Assembly: GCF_004010195.1 (NCBI RefSeq)
Contig: NC_057711.1
Location: 74,354,418 to 74,399,672, forward strand
DNA length: 45,255 nucleotides
Direction: 5' to 3'
DNA from: Chiloscyllium plagiosum
Taxonomy: Eukaryota
Positions 38,471 to 45,255 of the stretch are shown here, piece after piece. The translations under genes and the position numbers were made by a program. The notes below the pieces were generated by a model, which searched no databases, was not told the origin of the DNA, and saw only the letters and a program-made list of their open reading frames with translations. Every line of letters starts with the position of its first letter. Position 1 is the first letter of the stretch.

Positions 38471-38984
38471 CATAAATTCATTACCATTCTCTTCCAAATC
38501 TTTGAGCATTATTGAAATTTCCAGAGGAATTTATAATTTTCAAAAGGAAAGACTACACTAATGCCAACAAAAAAATCTAACTAATAGGTGAAAAAGAACA
38601 TAAAGTTTCCAACAATATGCTTTTTATTGAAGCCAATTTCCAAAGTCAATTGTACATACTTGTTTTCCATGGATGAACTCTTATGAGTGCAAAGTTAAGC
38701 TGCCGAGAAAATACAACTCTGGCATGGCTGAACTAATTAGCTGCTTATTTTAAATAACATGTTATTATTTGGAATAGTTCAAATTCACCTCTTGAATTAT
38801 AATTCACCCATTTTCACTGATTAATCCCAGAGGTCAATTGTGCATCACTAACAAAATAACAGTATACTTTTTTTGATCTCCTCTTTTACCTTGGCTGAGA
38901 TTTTGATATTAATCACCCACTAGCTCTTCAATATCTCTCGGTCTCTCTTCCACCTGCAACTTTGCTCTCTTAATCACTTGGCAC

Positions 38985-40009
38985 ACTACCCTTTACCCTT
39001 CTTACCCATCTGCCACTTTACCCCTAACATGCCCTCACCCACAATTCTCAGCAGCTCATAAACCGTCAGGTCACTGACCTTTTATCACAACTAAACAAAC
39101 AGATACATTTGACAGCATTGCATCAAAGGCTTGCAAGGGACAAGACCAAAACAAAAAAAAATCTTTTGCGTTGAGCTTCCTTTTGTTTTCAGCCCCATTT
39201 GCCTGCCCTGGTCATGTTCGCTAACACGAGCTAATGTGAATGCCTTGCTGAAGCAGGTTTGTTGGACCTGTCAGACTTCACCCTTGACACCATAAGTATT
39301 TAATAACATCAAGATGGACTGCATATGACTGAGACATCTCCTGAACTGATCAACATGGTGAGATTTTAGCCCTAGCATTGCAAGCATTTGAGCAAAAAAA
39401 TGTCTTGGTTATGAAAAAGCCAAGATACTGAAGAAGTTTACACTCACTGGATCCTTGAGGAAGAGATCTAACCCAAAAGGCATATCCTTCACATATGTTA
39501 TGTATACCATTGCGATTGTGCCAGCAAACATTATTCCAGCAGACTTGGGCATTAATCTGAATTCATTATATGTTAATAAATGCAAAATGGAATTCCCCAA
39601 CATTAAGATTGGGAAAGTCAACTCCCCTGAAATGTTCTGAAGACTTTACAGAAAAAACCTTAGCCTGCTGTAAGTCAAATCTCCTGACAATTAGATTTCC
39701 CACACATCCTTTTAAATGTGCTGGGTCCAGAACATTTCACTTGGGGCTTCTGATCCACAAATCCCTCAACGAAACTATCTCCTTCTTTACTGGTTTCAAA
39801 AACACATAAAATACATTTCTTTTAGATCAACCTCTCTGATCTGTCATTGACATTCACTGCAAGCCTTTGATGCAATGCATGTCAAATGTATTTGTTCACC
39901 TAGCTGTGATAAAAGGTCAGTGATCTAACGGTTTATGAGCTGCTGAGAATTGTGGGTGAGGGCATGTTAAGGGTAAAGTGGTAGATGGGTAAGAACGGTA
40001 GAGGGTAGT
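38985..40009. repeat. Inverted repeat with ~150-bp arms (38985-39135 / 39858-40009)
   Basis: For example catgccctcacccacaattctcagcagctcataaaccg versus cggtttatgagctgctgagaattgtgggtgagggcatg. Confidence 0.93.
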
Positions 40010-40177
40010 TCAGTGTGTTCTTCATTTTTTTAATCTTGAAGGCACTCTTGTGCATCTTATTGATGTATTGTCTGAGAAATATCATATGCACCCAAATGGA
40101 GTCCAAGTGTTCAACTGAAAAACATTCAGAATTTTGCTGTTGTAAGGATGAGTTATCTGAAATATTCACATAAAATA

Positions 40178-40985
40178 TAATTAACTTGATAAGTATTTGT
40201 TGTATGTGCTCCCATTTGTACCTTCTAAATATATTAAGCTCTTTAAAGGGTTCTTGTGGCACAGTGATAGTGTCCCTACCTCTGAGTCCAGAGGACTGGG
40301 TACAAGAGCAGCAAGGTGGTTCAGTAGTTAATGCTGCTGCCAATCTTGATCGCACTCTTAGATGACTATCTGTGTGGAGTTTGCACATTCACCCCGTAAC
40401 TGCATGCATTCCCTTTGGGTGCTCCAGTGTCCTCCCACAGACCAAAGATGTGCAGGTTAGATGGATTAATCATGCAAAATTGCCCATAGTGTTTAGGGGT
40501 GTGCAGACAAGATGGGTTAGCCATTAGAAATGCAGCGTAGGAAGGTGAGATAATCTTTGGAGGGTTGGTGTGCACTTGATGGGTGGAATGGCCTACTTCA
40601 ACACTGTTGAGATTCTAAGTCTCATGTTCCAGAGGTGTGTAATATTATATCTGACCAGGTTGTTTAGAAAATATCTCTGAGTTCCTTAAGGACTTGCATG
40701 GTCTAGTGTATGCATAGGTAGTGATTTTCTGGTCTAATAAGAACAATTTTATAGGGTAAACAGGTTGCAGGTAATTGCATCTCTGTAACTATTTATCAAT
40801 TATAAGAATACTGGAAAGACTTACTGGAACCACTAACCACTGAACCACCTTGCTGCTCTTGAACCCAGTCCTCTGGACTCAGAGGTAGGGACAATATCAC
40901 TGTGCCACAAGAACCCTTTAAAGAGCTTATATATTTAGAAGGTACAAATGGGAGCACATACAACAGATACTTGTCAAGTTAATTA
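40178..40985. repeat. Inverted duplication, ~155 bp (40178-40333 copied to 40831-40985)
   Basis: Direct reverse-complement match. The second copy is flanked by TACTGGAAAGACT at 40809-40821 and 40984-40996. Confidence 0.95.
40306..40617 (+). mobile_element. Diverged HE1-like SINE nested in a short tRNA-SINE
   Basis: gcagcaaggtggttcagtagtt head, then tgtgtggagtttgcacattc and ctcccacagaccaaagatgtgcaggttag. Confidence 0.85.
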
Positions 40986-42304
40986 CTGGAAAGACTGTTT
41001 GGGAGTCTGGCCTTAGTATTATTTCTCACAAAATCCTACTTTATTTTGCCACCAAGTCCTAATGACATCATTACAGTGCAAGGTGTTTATTGCTCTCAAA
41101 AAAGTAAGATCCTTCCATATCTGTATATAACAAGCTCCACATCATGAACTTTTTGGAAAGAAGACTTTGCAAAGTGAAGGAGACTGGCTGCAGCTAAGGA
41201 GAAAGAACACAAGCTGCTTGACTGCAATCACTGAGATAACGATATTTTCAGATCTAGTTTATAGGTGTAAAGGAACTATTGGATTTTGAACACTGGTAGG
41301 CAGAGAGATAACTTGCCTGGAGCAACAGCCTTTGCCCTCTCTTCTGTTTAAAAAATTTCTCATCAAAATTTCTGAGTTGAACTCATCAAACAAGAAATCC
41401 AAAATGACATGGATTGAACAATTTTAGTTTCATCACTTTTTTTTAATCCCAGCATGATAAATTACCTTCTTTAATTTTGGGGCTTATTCCTGCTCCCAAT
41501 TCTTATATTCTTTGCTGTGACGAAGTAAAGTCCAACAGTAACTTGAGGCAAATATGTTTTATTTACTTGCCCCTGCATCTTAGCTCATTGATCGACAGTC
41601 CTTGCATTGTGTATTTGCTGATCCCTTGAATGACAGTCTTTTTCTGTTTATTTTTCCAGTATTGCTGCCTCCCATCCTTGCACTAATTGAATGAGCTTCA
41701 GCCGTGTTATTATTTTGTGCAAATGACAAGGTGGCTCTCTTGTCTGACTACAAAGTGCCACAGTGACTGCTGCTGGACTCTGTCCTTTTTCTGTAGTGTT
41801 AGGTAACTGACATCTTACTGCCTGTTTGGCAAAATTCCTCAATGCAAAATGTCAGCCGTGCTATTGTTTTGATTATCCAGGACTGTGATTCATCATCGTC
41901 TTACCTTGCTTCCACTTTCACATAAATTGACTGTGGTGTCAGTAATGATGTACTCTGAAGTGCAAATTTGTATTTTTCAGGATTTTATTTTTGTCCTGGA
42001 ACACATGCTGTTGGGCGAAGGAAGTTGCTGCATTGCCTAATCAATGCATCAAGGGTAGTGCATGAACACATAAGCTGTGTGTCTGAAGTTTCTCTGTGAG
42101 CTATTTCAGTGGAAATTTCATTTAAATTGGTTAACATCCCCATTAAATTAGGTATGCCAGTTCTGGGAAATAAACACGCAGGATCCAGTTTTACAGCTTG
42201 GTACATTTTGGATGTATGGGCAGAAAAGTGAATGGGTAACTTACTTACATGTAGAGAAAATAGCTCTAGTCTGTTTGAGCTCCTGAGCCTTTTTGTGAAT
42301 TAGC

Positions 42305-43190
42305 TTTATTGTGACATGTACTCAAATGAGTACAATGAAATATTTACAGTCACCGTATTACAGTGTCATCTTAGATACAAAGGTACCTAGGTACAGATAC
42401 TTAAGATCAATTTTTTAGGAAACAAAAAAAAGTAAAGAAATAATAGTTCGGCATTATATGTCATAGGAATAAATTAGAAAAATAAAGAACTAAAAAGTTC
42501 AGAATATCAGTTTTTCTGACCCAGGTTATGCCAGCACCTAACCTGAAGGGAAACCTCCACTGCCTTGCTGTTGCCTCCACTGGACCCACCAATCTTGGAG
42601 TCACCCCACTTTAGGCGCTATCTCTTCACCATTTCACTTACGCTGATGAACCCACACTTGCCCAGCAACCAAGAGCCCCTGGCTCCGCTGCCAGGCCAGG
42701 CCGCAGCCAGGTCACAAGTCCTGCTTTGGCTGCAGATGTTGCCTTGCCAGTGCTGCCATCTTGAAGAGTCTGCTGCCACTGAAATACCGTCCCTGATCGC
42801 TGGAGGAGCTTTAGTGCTGCTGCTGCCACAGGCTCCGAATACCAGGAGGATGACCTCACTGCTGTTGCAACAGGCTCTGAATGCCAGGAGGATGTCCTCA
42901 CTGCTGCTGCCACTGGCTCCAAATGGCCAGAGAGTATATTTGCTGCCGTTATCATCACCACCTCCAATTGCTGGGAGAAGCCACATCTGCCTCTCCTCAA
43001 TCAGCCCACTCTTGCCCTTCGTGCTGGTGCTGCCAACCAACTTATCAGAAAAAAAAAGAAAAAAAGACCAAGAAAAGAGGAAATAATGTGAAAGAAAAGT
43101 GCAGAAGCACAAGTAAAATGAAGAAGGAAAGCAGATGGGAGGAGACGGGTCCCGGGCAAGAGCCTGCCTACAGTCCTGTAACTCTGCCAC
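42305..43190 (-). mobile_element. Non-autonomous LINE-like repeat with GC-rich interior
   Basis: End shared with 9767-9880. Contains a GC-rich tandem block and an A-rich tract. No recognisable protein domain. Confidence 0.5.
42817..42930. repeat. 42-bp tandem repeat, about 2.7 copies
   Basis: Unit ctgctgctgccacaggctccgaataccaggaggatgacctca starts at 42817, 42859 and 42901. Confidence 0.9.
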
Positions 43191-44545
43191 CAACAGATAT
43201 GGTGTTGATTGTAATGCACCTTTCCATCCCCATAAGTAAAAGAAAAGTATCAGCCTCTGTTGAATCCTTCTGAGTGTATCCTACTTTGTCCAAGACTGGC
43301 CTAGTAGGAAAACTATAGTCATTTCTGATGCACTGGCAAGAAACGTTGTCAATACTGACTGATCACTGATCAGGAATTGCTCCTTTTCTTCCCATGTGGA
43401 ATAGGAGAGTATTGGAAGGATTAGGACATTAAGTATCAACCCACTTGACTGCATAAAGAAAACATCTTCAGTAGTTAATGAACCCTGGAGTGAGGTTTTA
43501 ACCCAGAGATTCTGCCTCAGAGGCATTAGCTATTGAGTCAGAGAACTGATGGAAACACTCTCTACTCTGTCTCAATGATATTACAGCTCCAACCTCAGAA
43601 GAACACCCCTAACTGGATTGGTTATTAATGCAAGCAACCAATTGAGTGAGGCTACAAATTTTGTAACAACCGTTTGAAAAATTTGATGCTGTGGGCCCAT
43701 GTCTACCAAGGTTGTCCAAATATATATTGTGCCAGCAGAACACTTCCATCACATCAGATGGTTCTAGATTCAAATCATCAAACTATCTTACACACTGTAT
43801 GATGCAATAAGTTTGTATTTCCATTTCTGCTTATGAAAAGGTTCGATTGTATGCTTTGTTAGCTTACTAGCCAATGTTTCAGAATTGTTACAAATAAACT
43901 CCATTCTTCAAAGCCCATTTGGAATAGATAATGTCACAATTAATAAGTTATATGTATGGTTATAATGACCACACTGTGACCTTAAAGTTGACCTCATCAT
44001 GTTTTTGATTATAAGAATTAAACATGTTAACTAAATTATCCCGTGAAAACCCCTTAAAGAGATATTGTCAAACAAATCAAAACCTCAATGGAAACTTATC
44101 AAATTAAATTAAAATTTGGCTTTAGAATGATACATTCTGGCCACTGTGGTGCTAATTAGTCTCAGAAAGCCTCACATACACATTATGCTTCCCTCTCTTG
44201 GATGCCTCAATGTGGACATAACATTGGAAGAGTCTGCCAAGCCTCTCCCTGGCTTGACACCCTGTTCTATTTTGACTACTTTGGCCTGGTCCAGGAGCAT
44301 CCTAATCACATATTTCAAGTTCAGCAGATTTATGTCAGTGGTGCTCCCAGTGTGCAGTGCCTAATGTCCTGGAAGAATATTGAGGTCAAGAGACAGACTA
44401 TTACATGCAAGCAGTTGCTGACTATTTTTAAAGCGGTGTCTGATATATACTTGGACAATGCAATAGCTTTCAAATGAAACTTTTAAATATATTGAACATA
44501 CTTTGAAGACAAGATGCCTGCCTTGAAGAAAATCCTCTTGCAAGG

Positions 44546-45255
44546 ATGCCTGCCTTGAAGAAGTTTTCCTCCTCTCTCTACAAGAATCTCAGGGAGTCCC
44601 TCTCCCACTGCAACTCCCAGGTCATTTCCTCTGCCCTGAAGCTCTTCAACCATGTCGTGAAACAAATGCGCTACCACAGCCACATCTGTTTCCTCAGTGC
44701 TTGCCTCCGTAACCAACTCATCCCACACAGACTCCGAACCACCTTTAAACTGGCAGCGTTCGGACCCGAACAGGACAAACAGTACAGACTACAGATTCAA
44801 AAACACCAGAAACAGTTCTCCTTCAAGATCCTCCGCTCCACGCTTGCAGGAATGCGCCGGCACCTAACCTCTCGACAGTCTGCCCTGCTGCAGCTGAGGG
44901 CCACACTCTCTCAGAATTGCAAAGGACCCACTCTGTACTACATCCTCAGGAGAATCCATACTCTCAACAAACAGTATTTCAATTCCATCTCAAACATCAA
45001 AAACTGTAAGTACAACAAACTTTTATCCACCCACCTCCATAACCAGCGCTCCTCAAACATTCCAGAAGATTCCCCTGGCCTCGGAAACACCATTAGCCAT
45101 GCGGCTGATGCAGCTACCACCACGACGCTGATTGATGATGTCACTTCTGCCCCCATCATGGCCACTCCCACAGCCACTTCCGCCCCTCACATCAATGCTG
45201 ATGCCACAAGCTCAGTGACTTCCACCACCCCTACTGCCGTGTCTGCCACCACCAG
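44546..45255 (+). CDS. N-terminal part of a Penelope-like retroelement ORF (runs off the window)
   Basis: Manual translation gives 236 stop-free codons: MPALKKFSSSLYKNLRESLSHCNSQVISSALKLFNHVVKQMRYHSHICFLSACLRNQLIPHRL..., ending in a Thr/Ala/Ser-rich linker. The H..FL..C....LIP motif is typical of PLE N-termini. Absent from the ORF track because there is no stop in the window. Confidence 0.75.
   Translation, partial: MPALKKFSSSLYKNLRESLSHCNSQVISSALKLFNHVVKQMRYHSHICFLSACLRNQLIPHRLRTTFKLAAFGPEQDKQYRLQIQKHQKQFSFKILRSTLAGMRRHLTSRQSALLQLRATLSQNCKGPTLYYILRRIHTLNKQYFNSISNIKNCKYNKLLSTHLHNQRSSNIPEDSPGLGNTISHAADAATTTTLIDDVTSAPIMATPTATSAPHINADATSSVTSTTPTAVSATT

Noticed and set aside
41905..41954. Minus-strand micro-exon candidate (ttcag ... 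AAG|GTAAGA)
   Set aside because: The splice signals are plausible, but the segment is only about 50 bp with an unrecognisable peptide and no linked exons.
42565..43273. Cluster of 120-190-aa ORFs on both strands
   Set aside because: They arise from a GC-rich repeat interior with a 42-bp tandem unit and show no recognisable domain.

Overview
Vertebrate, repeat-dense, apparently intergenic or intronic DNA. The repeat repertoire (HE1-type tRNA-SINEs, CR1 LINEs, several Penelope-like families) points to a cartilaginous fish, probably a shark; this is inferred from family recognition, not from a search. No host protein-coding gene could be recognised. Bases 1-~6090 are a 24-bp minisatellite of about 250 units that produces all the long ORFs in the track. 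The rest is a mosaic of Penelope-like element (PLE) pieces, CR1/L2/RTE LINE fragments, SINEs, a decayed Gypsy element with the Gmr1-type PR-IN-RT domain order, a PIF/Harbinger transposase relic, and an uninterrupted PLE ORF running off the right edge. The most interesting signal is a set of very short PLE-derived hammerhead-ribozyme cassettes. They occur as monomers or head-to-head palindromes, five of the six with their own 9-16-bp flanking duplication, and their 5' ends or inversion points fall immediately upstream of the ribozyme core. A second signal is a cluster of locally templated duplications at 37-41 kb. Boundaries of old repeats were estimated by eye and are approximate.
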